Assembly (NCBI GenBank): GCA_045593685.1
Contig: JAZNXD010000027.1
Location: forward strand, 29,569 to 93,568
Direction: 5' to 3'
Origin: Candidatus Enterousia sp.
GTDB lineage: Bacteria; Pseudomonadota; Alphaproteobacteria; Rs-D84
DNA length: 64,000 nucleotides
Of the stretch, positions 44,520 to 53,107 are shown in pieces. Every line of letters begins with the position of its first letter. The stretch's first letter is position 1. Below the pieces are notes generated by a model, which made no database searches, was not told the origin of the DNA, and worked only from the letters and a program-made list of their open reading frames with translations. The position numbers and the translations under genes were made by a program.

Positions 44520-45592
44520 TGAAGAAACTGTTTTTGATATTTTCTTTGTTATTTGTTTGTGCGTCCCCCGTATATGGGGCCAGTGAATTATCCAAAATTA
44601 ATGCCCAAATCAAACAGACCGAACAGCAAAATAAAAAGTTGGAACAACAGGTTAAGTCGTCTGAACGTGAAGTGTCCAGAACAAAAAAGGACCTGGTAAG
44701 AACCGCGGATAAGGTAAGTGATTTGGAAGAACAGCGGGCACAGATGGCAAAAAAAATTGCCGAATTGGATGCGCAACGTGACAAGATTAATCGTGAGATA
44801 GAGCAAAATCATGGGCGGATTGCCGATGCCGCGGGCAGTATTTTGTTTGTTGCCGCGCATCCCAGTTTCGATTCAGACAGTATGCGGGACTTTGTTTTGA
44901 CTTCGGCGGTTTTGTCGGGGGTGGCCAATAACCTGGATGAACAAATCGAACGGGCGGAACAACAGGTTAAAGAATTGGAGAAGATTCGTTCGGCACGTGC
45001 AATCGAAAAAGAAAAGTTGGACAGAACCGCGAAAAAGTATACCAAACAAAGGAACGAATTGGATAAGTTGTTGCGTACGCGCAGTGCACAGAATGAAAAG
45101 TTAAAAAGCCAACATTCTGCCCTGCAAAAGAAATTGCGTGATTTGTCGGCGCGTGCAAAAAGTATTTCAGAATTGTCTGCGGGGGTGGGCAGTTCGGAAA
45201 TGTCGGGTGATGCGCATTTTTCGCGTCGCAAGTTAAATTTGCCGGTGCGTGGACGGGTTGTTGTACGTTTTGCAGAAAAAACGGCCCTGGGGTTAAAATC
45301 TGATGGGTGGCGTGTGCGTACGCGTGGGGATGCATTGGTGATGGCGCCGGCCGATGGTGTGGTGAAATTTGCGGACAGTTTTCGTGGCTTTGGTCGTGTG
45401 GTGATTATGTCGCATAAAAATGGATATAATACCGTTATGACAAACCTGGGGCAGATTGATGTTATGTTGGAACAAGAGGTTTTGGCGGGCGAGCCCATTG
45501 GGCGCATGAACCCGGACAAGCCAGAGATGTATTTAGAGGTGCGACGTGGCAACAAGGCGGTTGATCCCGCACGATTGTTCAAAGATGAATAA
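44519..45592 (+). CDS. EnvC-like murein hydrolase activator (coiled coil + LytM/M23 domain)
   Basis: Signal peptide, a long Q/E/K coiled coil, and C-terminal ...MAPADGVVKFADSFRGFGRVVIMSHKNGYNTVMTNLG. The start overlaps the tyrS stop. Confidence 0.8.
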   Translation: MKKLFLIFSLLFVCASPVYGASELSKINAQIKQTEQQNKKLEQQVKSSEREVSRTKKDLVRTADKVSDLEEQRAQMAKKIAELDAQRDKINREIEQNHGRIADAAGSILFVAAHPSFDSDSMRDFVLTSAVLSGVANNLDEQIERAEQQVKELEKIRSARAIEKEKLDRTAKKYTKQRNELDKLLRTRSAQNEKLKSQHSALQKKLRDLSARAKSISELSAGVGSSEMSGDAHFSRRKLNLPVRGRVVVRFAEKTALGLKSDGWRVRTRGDALVMAPADGVVKFADSFRGFGRVVIMSHKNGYNTVMTNLGQIDVMLEQEVLAGEPIGRMNPDKPEMYLEVRRGNKAVDPARLFKDE

Positions 45593-45615
45593 AAAAACGC
45601 CCAAAATGGGCGTTT

Positions 45616-45870
45616 TTATTTCTGTTTTTGGTTATCCAGGGTGGCTGCTTTGGCAATGTCTTGTACTTTTTTCCTGGAAAATAATTTTTTAATTTTATCA
45701 ATTCCGTTTAAAAACGAATCGATTATGTCTTTTTTTTCTATCCATTCCTCTTCGCGAATGCGTGAATACTCGGCTTTTTCTTGGTCATATTTTTTTAGGC
45801 GTTCTTCCATCGTTGTCCCTGGGACTTCGATGTTTGGATCGGTGATGATTGGACGTTGTTTTTTTGCCAT
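45616..45870 (-). CDS. Small charged protein (84 aa), hypothetical
   Basis: It lies 16 nt downstream of the VirB11-like gene on the same strand. K/E-rich, with no TM helix. Confidence 0.45.
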   Translation of the reverse strand: MAKKQRPIITDPNIEVPGTTMEERLKKYDQEKAEYSRIREEEWIEKKDIIDSFLNGIDKIKKLFSRKKVQDIAKAATLDNQKQK

Positions 45871-45886
45871 TTTATTTTCCTTTGTT

Positions 45887-46846
45887 TTAAACTACTTCGG
45901 TTACGGCGCGCAAAGCACCATCGCGTGATAATTGCACAACGCGGATTTTCTTTTTCATTTCCGATATTAAATCGGAACGGTTGTATGCCGGTTGTGTGTG
46001 CAGGATACGGTCCGCAAAAGCGGCATATGCGGCATCCGCGCTTTCTGCATGAATTGTTGTATAAAAGTGATCGTGCCCGGTCCCCAACATTTCCCACAGT
46101 ATGGATGCGTTGTCGGTTGATATTTCCCCGCCGATAATAACATCCGGCGTCATTCGCACAACCAGGTCCAATAAACGCGCATAGTTAAAATTGTTGGATT
46201 GTTCCGTACGCGACAGTACAAAATGCACGCGATTAGCCTGGGGGACACGAATTTCACGGGCGTCTTCGACCGTTATAACACGACTGTTTTTATCAATCAG
46301 TGTCAGCATGTGGTTTAAAAATGTTGTTTTTCCGGTTGCGGTTGCGCCCGATATTAAAATAGGGCTGCCATCATTAATTGCAGACATTAATCGATCGTAT
46401 GGATCGTCGGGACGAATATTTTCGCGTGGTTTTACACGCATCAATTTTTGTCCGCGCTTAAGGTGATAGTTTTCAAAACTGGTATCATGGGCGCCACCGC
46501 CACGAATATTTAGTGCAACGCCACCGGTGATATCGCGTTCGTCGTATTGAACATTTGGACCCGCGATTGCGGTAAAACGATGATTGCCGGGCAGGGTTGC
46601 ATACACAACCGGGATGCCATGAATTGGGTCAAATGGACGTTCATAGATGTTTGCAACCGTGTGTATCAGGTCAACCAAATATTGTTTGCTTAATATTTCC
46701 GCATTATAAGAAACCCATGGAACACGTGCCCCGTGCAGGCGCATCCAAACTTCGCCCGCGTGGTTGATGGCAATTTCTTCTACAAACGATGGTTTATAGA
46801 ATTCTTCCAGTGGTTTTAGCAAAGATTCCAGTACTACATTTGACAT
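45887..46846 (-). CDS. VirB11/TrbB-family secretion ATPase (orphan)
   Basis: VEEIAINHAGEVWM is the N-domain, Walker A is ILISGATATGKTT, followed by ITVEDAREI, the Asp box PDVIIGGEI and the His box GTGHDHFYTTIHAES. The start is ambiguous (46846 ATG or 46882 TTG). Confidence 0.75.
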   Translation of the reverse strand: MSNVVLESLLKPLEEFYKPSFVEEIAINHAGEVWMRLHGARVPWVSYNAEILSKQYLVDLIHTVANIYERPFDPIHGIPVVYATLPGNHRFTAIAGPNVQYDERDITGGVALNIRGGGAHDTSFENYHLKRGQKLMRVKPRENIRPDDPYDRLMSAINDGSPILISGATATGKTTFLNHMLTLIDKNSRVITVEDAREIRVPQANRVHFVLSRTEQSNNFNYARLLDLVVRMTPDVIIGGEISTDNASILWEMLGTGHDHFYTTIHAESADAAYAAFADRILHTQPAYNRSDLISEMKKKIRVVQLSRDGALRAVTEVV

Positions 46847-46924
46847 CAAGGCAATTTTACCATAAATCGTGACTTGAATCAAAAATGTTTATTTGTTAAA
46901 ATCAAAAAAAAGAGAGAAAAAGAT

Positions 46925-47488
46925 ATGAAAAAAAATTTGCTGTTTTTAATGCTGGGGGCCTTGGTTTTGGTGGGGTGTGGCGGTGGTTCTGATGCGCCAT
47001 ATAATCAGCAGGATTTTGCCCAGGGTGGTGAAGATGCGCCACTGTATAATGAACGTACCAGTGAATTTATGCAATCTGATAATCAGTATGCAAATATCGA
47101 TTCGTATAAGCCCAAGACGGCCGCGGAAAAGGAACAAAATTCAAATCGTTGGAACACATCGCGTATGGAAACACGTTGGCAAGAGTACAGGGGAACCATG
47201 GTGCGTGTTCAAATTCTGTTGGGAAATACCGATTTACGTGAAATGCGTTTGCGTTTGATGCAAAATGCGGATGGTATGGATGTCGATGGTGATGCACGTA
47301 CGGTTTTGGCCGCAGTTGCCGATTTTGAAATGAAGCGTGTTTGTGGGCGTAATGCAGACAGTATTGTTATGGTGTATGACAAGCCATCTTTTGATGCAAT
47401 GCGACCAACACCATACTTTGATTACAGGATCGAGGCCGAAGGCGCAACCATGCGTGAATACGGGTTCAGATGTGTTTATAACAACTAA
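46925..47488 (+). CDS. Lipoprotein (187 aa), hypothetical
   Basis: Lipobox MKKNLLFLMLGALVLVGC followed by GGGS. Confidence 0.6.
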   Translation: MKKNLLFLMLGALVLVGCGGGSDAPYNQQDFAQGGEDAPLYNERTSEFMQSDNQYANIDSYKPKTAAEKEQNSNRWNTSRMETRWQEYRGTMVRVQILLGNTDLREMRLRLMQNADGMDVDGDARTVLAAVADFEMKRVCGRNADSIVMVYDKPSFDAMRPTPYFDYRIEAEGATMREYGFRCVYNN

Positions 47489-47509
47489 ACAAAACAAAAG
47501 GAAAGAAAA

Positions 47510-47842
47510 ATGAAGAAAGTAGCATCTATTATGGGAATTTGTGCAATGTTGGGATTGGCGGGTTGTGGCGAAAAAACACAGGTCGCAGAAAATGGTGATA
47601 CGGTTGTTATCAACTTTGCGGGATATTTGGATGGTGTTCAGTTCCCGGGTGGTACGGCCGAAAACTTTCCTTTAAAATTGGGCAGTGGTCAGTTTGTGCC
47701 GGGCTTTGAAGAACAGGTTGTCGGTATGAGTGAAGGTGAAGAACGTGATATCAATATCACTTTCCCAACAGAATATGTGCCGGAATTGGCGGGTAAATCT
47801 GTTGTGTTCAAAGTAAAAGTTGTTGATATCGTAGAAGAATAA
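47510..47842 (+). CDS. FKBP-type peptidyl-prolyl isomerase lipoprotein
   Basis: Lipobox [48 protein letters not shown] is a trigger-factor/FKBP-type PPIase block. Confidence 0.8.
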   Translation: MKKVASIMGICAMLGLAGCGEKTQVAENGDTVVINFAGYLDGVQFPGGTAENFPLKLGSGQFVPGFEEQVVGMSEGEERDINITFPTEYVPELAGKSVVFKVKVVDIVEE

Positions 47843-47944
47843 TTTTTGCATGAAAAACGGGGCGCCCCGATTGGGGCGCTTTTTTATTGTTTTCGTATAT
47901 GGTTTTAGATACAATGGCGGTGTGTAAATATAGGGGTGTGTATT

Positions 47945-48256
47945 ATGGCGATGATTTATTGTCGTGATTGTGGTGCAAAACATTCGGATCGGGCGCGTGC
48001 GTGTCCAAAGTGTGGGCGGGCATTTGGTATGGATAAGTCCGCGTTGGTTTATGCGTTGTTGGCGTTCTTTTTGGGTATGTTTGGTGTGCATAAGTTTTAT
48101 GCCGGACAAAATGGCCAGGGGATTGCGATGCTTATAATGGGGACGATTGGATGGATTTTTATTATCCCTGGGATTGTTGTGTGTATATGGGCATTTGTTG
48201 ATTTTATTATCGGTTTGGTAAATATTAACAGTCCAGAAAAGATTTTTGTAAAATAA
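47945..48256 (+). CDS. Zinc-ribbon + TM2 domain membrane protein
   Basis: CRDCGAKHSDRARACPKCG, then ALLAFFLGMFGVHKFYAGQ...AFVDFI, which is the TM2 signature. Confidence 0.75.
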   Translation: MAMIYCRDCGAKHSDRARACPKCGRAFGMDKSALVYALLAFFLGMFGVHKFYAGQNGQGIAMLIMGTIGWIFIIPGIVVCIWAFVDFIIGLVNINSPEKIFVK

Positions 48257-48382
48257 AAAAGTCCCCTTATGGGGATTTTTTTTTATTTACTGCCCGACAC
48301 AAAAAAAGAGTTTTGTGTCGTTTTTTGTTGCGTATATTTTTTTCTGATGTATCATTGCCGATGTATAAAAAGGTGTATAAAA

Positions 48383-48721
48383 ATGCCAGAGCATGATTGG
48401 GCCAGAAAATGGGGACGCGAAAAAGAGTTTAGGCGCCAGGAAAATGAGAGCCTGGGCTTGGTTTTTTGTATGATTTTTGGGCCGTTGATTTTTGTTGCCA
48501 CGTGTTGTGGACTTAATGATTACGCGCATACGGTGTCGGGGGGGTGTGGTTGCGTTAATGTTCGTTCGGCCAATGGTGTGAAAAAAGACGCGAAGGTTGC
48601 GGCGCCGGATACAGGAACTGTTTCTTATGATGAATATGTGCGTGCAAATGCGCGTCGTTTACAGTTACAACGACAAATCGATTCGTTGCAAAACGAAAAA
48701 CGGTTGTTGAATACAAAATAA
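48383..48721 (+). CDS. Hypothetical membrane protein (112 aa)
   Basis: I moved the start downstream of the preceding terminator, which the track ORF start overlapped. It has one TM helix and a C-terminal coiled segment. Confidence 0.4.
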   Translation: MPEHDWARKWGREKEFRRQENESLGLVFCMIFGPLIFVATCCGLNDYAHTVSGGCGCVNVRSANGVKKDAKVAAPDTGTVSYDEYVRANARRLQLQRQIDSLQNEKRLLNTK

Positions 48722-48895
48722 AAAATGCCCCAAGTGGGGCATTTTTAGATTGGGTAGTTTTTTCTGCGAAGATGTTCGACATAGGATAAAAAAATCCCCA
48801 TATGCGTTGTCGCTCTATGAGCCCCAGTTGTTACGTAAAGTTCAAACATCGTTACATAAATAAAAATATCCCACAAGGGGATATTTTCATTTATC

Positions 48896-48980
48896 TGGTG
48901 GCCCTGGTCGGACTCGAACCGACACTCATTGCTGAACTTGATTTTGAGTCAAGCGCGTCTACCAATTCCGCCACGGGGCC
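48896..48980 (-). tRNA. tRNA-Leu (anticodon CAA), long variable arm
   Basis: The reverse complement reads GGCCCCG-TG-GCGGAATTGGTAGACGC-G-CTTGA-CTCAAAA-TCAAG-(variable arm)-GTCGG-TTCGAGT-CCGAC-CAGGGCC-ACCA. There is one C-A mismatch in the acceptor stem. Confidence 0.9.
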
Positions 48981-49000
48981 AAAGCACAAACTGCGTTTAT

Positions 49001-49369
49001 TTAGGCAGCCTGTTTTGCTTCAACTTTTTTGACCAAACGTGCACTGCGATTCGCCTTGTGAACAGGTTTTTTCGCAGGGGCGGCAGGTTTGCCGGCCTTT
49101 TTTTCAATGGCTTTCTTAATTGCGGCCATCTCAGCAGTCAAACGTGATACAGGTTTGGACATTACATAGGCATCCAAACCGCCATGCTTGGTCAATGTGC
49201 GCAGACCAGCGGTCGAAATGCGTAATGAAAAATCACGTCCCAAAATATCACTGTGGAATTTTAATGTTTGCAGATTCGGCAAGAACGTACGTTTTGTACG
49301 ACGATGCGAGTGGGAAACGTTCATCCCAACTTCTGTTTTCTTACCTGTAACTTTACATACACGTGGCAT
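49001..49369 (-). CDS. rpmB: 50S ribosomal protein L28 with a K/A-rich C-terminal extension
   Basis: MPRVCKVTGKKTEVGMNVSHSHRRTKRTFLPNLQ is a typical L28 N-terminus. Confidence 0.9.
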   Translation of the reverse strand: MPRVCKVTGKKTEVGMNVSHSHRRTKRTFLPNLQTLKFHSDILGRDFSLRISTAGLRTLTKHGGLDAYVMSKPVSRLTAEMAAIKKAIEKKAGKPAAPAKKPVHKANRSARLVKKVEAKQAA

Positions 49370-49456
49370 AATACTTAAACCTTTAATTAATAGCGACGCT
49401 AAATTTATAACAAAATTAAGAAAAAGTCAAGTGTTGTTTTCATTTTTTTCTTTATT

Positions 49457-50881
49457 TTATTTGTGTGACGCGTTTAGCAGGTCGGTAATCACCTTGACCG
49501 GGGTAAAGGTGGTCAGTGGCGTTTCAACAAATATTGTGTTCCATTTTGCCATTGCGCCGTTCCACAGGCCGGGGCGCTCCATCGCGCGCAGTGTGCGTCC
49601 GTTTTTTGATTTTTCGGATATAAAGCCGGTGCGGGGGTCTGTGAATTGCGTTAAGTCAAATTTTTCCCCATTTACGTCGTATGGCATGCAGATAATATCC
49701 GTTGGACTGAAAAATTCACCGTCGTGCAAAATATGTTTTTGTTCGGGGGATATTTGACCGGGTTCAACGATTTGCAGACTGGATATATTTCCCGCGCTTT
49801 GTACCCAAAATGGTCCACCGCCGGGTTCACCCGTATTCTTGATAATTCCGCAGATGCGCAAAGGGCGGTTCAGGATGTCGCGCAGATTTGTGCTTTCTGG
49901 TACCACGATACCCAATGTGTTGCATATGTATTTATGTATTTCCCGGCGATTGGCGGTGCCGTTGTCGATGGCGCGAATATATTTAAATATTTGTTCCTGG
50001 GTTTGTATGGCCAGTCCCGCCAGCATTTGTTTATGCAGTATTGTGTCGGCGCGCGCATGTTCGGGGCATACATTATCAATGTTTTTTATAAATATGATGT
50101 CCGCATCCAGGTCGTTCAGATTTTCAATCAAAGCGCCATGTCCCGCCGGTCGGAACAGTAATGTTCCGTCGTCATTTCTAAACGGGGTGTTGTCGGGGTT
50201 GACCGCGATTGTGTCTGTTTCGGGTTTTTGGGTGGACATTGTTATGTTGTATTTTTTGTCCGTTTGCGATTCGAATTGTGGTACCAGTTTTTCAAACAGT
50301 GCCCGAAAGCCGGCGATATGTTCGGGCGATACGGTAAAGTGTAAATTAACGGCGCCGTTGGCACATGCGTATTGCGCCCCTTCGGCCAGGTGTTCGGCCG
50401 CACCGGTTTGGGGGATGTTGTTGTATTTATGGAATTGGATTAGTCCCTTGGGCGAATTGCCATAGTTTAAACCGCGGTCGGTTACGATGCACTCTATGAT
50501 ATCGTGCGCGGTTGGGTTTTCGGGCAGATATTGTGTCAGGTCATCATAAAATGCGAATTTATCCAAATTGTCCAGGACCGTTTGGGTGGTTTTGTTCATT
50601 GTGTTTGTGGACAGGTATTCAAACAGGTCCTTGAACATGCGGGTTGCCGCACCGGATGCCGGGACAAATTTAATGATTTTAAAGTTGTTGCATTTGTCCG
50701 TATAGTATTTGGCGTATGATGCATCCAACATTGGTAATACGCCGTCGTTGATTGTGGCGGGGCGAATTATTTGTGTGTATGGAAACCCGGTTATGAAGTC
50801 CGCCATTTGTTGGTTAATTGCATCAATGGTCAGGCCATGTTCCCGTATTTGTGTGATGTCTTGGTCGCTGAAATGTGTCAT
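49457..50881 (-). CDS. DUF4301-like protein (nucleotidyltransferase-like?)
   Basis: FSDQDITQIREHGLT...KFVPASGAATRMFKDLF matches my recollection of the DUF4301 family N-terminus. This is unverified. I chose ATG 50881. Confidence 0.55.
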   Translation of the reverse strand: MTHFSDQDITQIREHGLTIDAINQQMADFITGFPYTQIIRPATINDGVLPMLDASYAKYYTDKCNNFKIIKFVPASGAATRMFKDLFEYLSTNTMNKTTQTVLDNLDKFAFYDDLTQYLPENPTAHDIIECIVTDRGLNYGNSPKGLIQFHKYNNIPQTGAAEHLAEGAQYACANGAVNLHFTVSPEHIAGFRALFEKLVPQFESQTDKKYNITMSTQKPETDTIAVNPDNTPFRNDDGTLLFRPAGHGALIENLNDLDADIIFIKNIDNVCPEHARADTILHKQMLAGLAIQTQEQIFKYIRAIDNGTANRREIHKYICNTLGIVVPESTNLRDILNRPLRICGIIKNTGEPGGGPFWVQSAGNISSLQIVEPGQISPEQKHILHDGEFFSPTDIICMPYDVNGEKFDLTQFTDPRTGFISEKSKNGRTLRAMERPGLWNGAMAKWNTIFVETPLTTFTPVKVITDLLNASHK

Positions 50882-50957
50882 AGTGCCCCGTCCTTTTTTT
50901 TGATGATAAAACAATTTTTATTTAATCGCAAGTGGCGCCGGGGATTTGTTCCTGTGT

Positions 50958-50986
50958 CTTGAAAGGTGGTTTTGTGGCACTATATA
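50958..50986 (+). promoter_or_regulatory. Heat-shock (sigma32-like) or sigma70 promoter for clpB
   Basis: CTTGAAA (50958-50964), about 13-16 nt spacer, CACTATAT/TATATA (50978-50986). The -35 matches the sigma32 CTTGAA core. Confidence 0.4.
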
Positions 50987-51017
50987 TGGGATAACAAAAC
51001 AACCAAGGAGTTATTGG

Positions 51018-53075
51018 ATGAATCCAGATGATTTACAGGAAACGCCACAACAGGCAATAGAAAAGTATACTACGGATTTTACCAAGTTGGCATCTGACGG
51101 CAAACTGGACCCGGTGATTGGGCGTGATGAAGAAATTCGTCGTGCAATTCAGGTGTTAAGTCGTCGTACAAAAAATAATCCCGTTTTAATTGGTAATCCG
51201 GGGGTGGGTAAGACCGCCATTGTCGAAGGCTTGGCCAATCGTATTATTTCGGGCGATGTGCCGGAAAATCTGTTAAAAAAACAGTTGTTAAGCCTGGATA
51301 TGGGGGCGTTGATGGCCGGGGCTTCGTTTCGTGGTCAGTTCGAAGGACGATTGAAGGCCATATTAAAGGCGGTGAAAGAGTCGGATGGTAAAATAATTTT
51401 GTTTATTGATGAATTGCATACCCTGGTCGGGGCGGGCAAGGGCGAAGGCAGCATGGATGCGGCGAATCTGTTAAAACCGATGTTGGCACGTGGTGAATTG
51501 CACTGTTTGGGGGCGACCACGCTGGACGAATATCGCCAGTATATTGAAAAAGATCCGGCATTGGCACGACGTTTTCAGCCCGTATATGTGGATGAACCGA
51601 CCGTTGATGATACTATATCAATCCTGCGTGGATTAAAGGAAAAATACGAAGGGCATCATGGGGTGCGTATTGCGGATGCGGCATTGGTGTCGGCGGTAAA
51701 GTTGTCTAACCGTTATATCACAGACAGGTTTTTACCGGACAAGGCCATCGATTTAATTGATGAAGCGGCCGCACGTGTTCGAATTGAAATTGCATCAAAA
51801 CCAGACAGATTGGACGAAGTTGATAGACACCTGATGCAGTTAAAGATAGAACAGCAGGCTTTGAAAAAGGAAAAAGATGAAGAATCTAAAAAGCGCCTGA
51901 AAGATTTGGAAAATATAATCAAGGGGGTTGAAGAAGAATCGCGCGCCCTGACAGCAGAGTGGCAGGCAGAACAGCAGAAGATGCGTGGTTTATCGGATGC
52001 GATGGCGGCGCTGGATGCGGCCAAGGCCGAAGTCGCAACTGCGATGCGTAACGGGGACTATGAAAAGGCGTCGGCATTGCAATATGGGAAAATTCCGGAA
52101 CTGGAAGAAAAGATTGCAAAAATGAACGCCGATGCGCGCGAGTATAAAACGGTATTGCCGGAACATATTGCCGCAGTGGTCAGCAAATGGACCGGTGTGC
52201 CCGCCGACAGATTAAATGCCGAAGAGCAGTCAAAACTGATGAATATCGAAGATGAGTTGCGTAAACGCGTTGTCGGCCAGGATCATGCGCTGGGGGTTAT
52301 TGCGCGTGCAATTCGCCGCAGTCGGGCGGGGTTATCTGATCCGCGCAGACCAATGGGCAGTTTTATGTTCCTGGGGCCGACGGGTGTGGGCAAGACCGAA
52401 GTGGCCAAGGCCCTGGCAGAATATCTGTTTAATGATGATGCGGCCATGACACGTATTGATATGAGTGAATATATGGAACCGCATTCTGTTTCGCGCCTGA
52501 TTGGCAGTCCCCCGGGTTATGTTGGATATGAACAGGGCGGGGTGCTGACCGAAAGCGTTAGACGCAGACCGTATCAAGTATTGTTATTTGATGAAATAGA
52601 AAAGGCAAATCCGGATGTCTTTAATGTATTCTTGCAGATATTAGATGATGGACGTTTGACCGATGGGCAGGGGCATGTGGTGAACTTTACCAACACCATC
52701 ATTATTATGACCAGTAATTTGCCCGATATGGAAGCAGTGAAAAAGAATTTTAGGCCCGAATTTATCAATCGTATTGATGAAATTGTGTTCTTTAATTCGC
52801 TGGGCAAGGATGTGATGGCGGGAATCGTACGGATTCAATTACAGGGTCTGGAAAAGAGATTGGCAGAACGTCGTATGGGGTTGTCCGTTACCGACAAGGC
52901 GATTAAGTGGCTGGGGGATAATGGGTATGATGCCGTGTTTGGTGCCCGTCCGTTGAAACGTTTGATTACGTCGGCGGTGGAAGACAAGATTGCCGATTTA
53001 ATCCTGACCGGTGCGGTTGGTGAAGGCAGTACCGTATACATAGATGTCAAGGGCAAGGATTTGACAGTTGGTTAA
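51018..53075 (+). CDS. clpB: ClpB-type AAA+ disaggregase lacking the N-terminal domain
   Basis: [38 protein letters not shown] is NBD1. It is followed by a long coiled-coil M-domain, then NBD2 [11 protein letters not shown] and ...GARPLKR. AAGGAG lies 7 nt before ATG 51018. Confidence 0.9.
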   Translation: MNPDDLQETPQQAIEKYTTDFTKLASDGKLDPVIGRDEEIRRAIQVLSRRTKNNPVLIGNPGVGKTAIVEGLANRIISGDVPENLLKKQLLSLDMGALMAGASFRGQFEGRLKAILKAVKESDGKIILFIDELHTLVGAGKGEGSMDAANLLKPMLARGELHCLGATTLDEYRQYIEKDPALARRFQPVYVDEPTVDDTISILRGLKEKYEGHHGVRIADAALVSAVKLSNRYITDRFLPDKAIDLIDEAAARVRIEIASKPDRLDEVDRHLMQLKIEQQALKKEKDEESKKRLKDLENIIKGVEEESRALTAEWQAEQQKMRGLSDAMAALDAAKAEVATAMRNGDYEKASALQYGKIPELEEKIAKMNADAREYKTVLPEHIAAVVSKWTGVPADRLNAEEQSKLMNIEDELRKRVVGQDHALGVIARAIRRSRAGLSDPRRPMGSFMFLGPTGVGKTEVAKALAEYLFNDDAAMTRIDMSEYMEPHSVSRLIGSPPGYVGYEQGGVLTESVRRRPYQVLLFDEIEKANPDVFNVFLQILDDGRLTDGQGHVVNFTNTIIIMTSNLPDMEAVKKNFRPEFINRIDEIVFFNSLGKDVMAGIVRIQLQGLEKRLAERRMGLSVTDKAIKWLGDNGYDAVFGARPLKRLITSAVEDKIADLILTGAVGEGSTVYIDVKGKDLTVG

Positions 53076-53107
53076 GAAAAACGCCCGGTTGGGCGTTTTT
53101 TTTGTTC

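Noticed and set aside
44809-45582. 257-aa ORF on the minus strand
   Set aside because: It is antisense to the EnvC-like gene and is an R/S/A-rich shadow frame.
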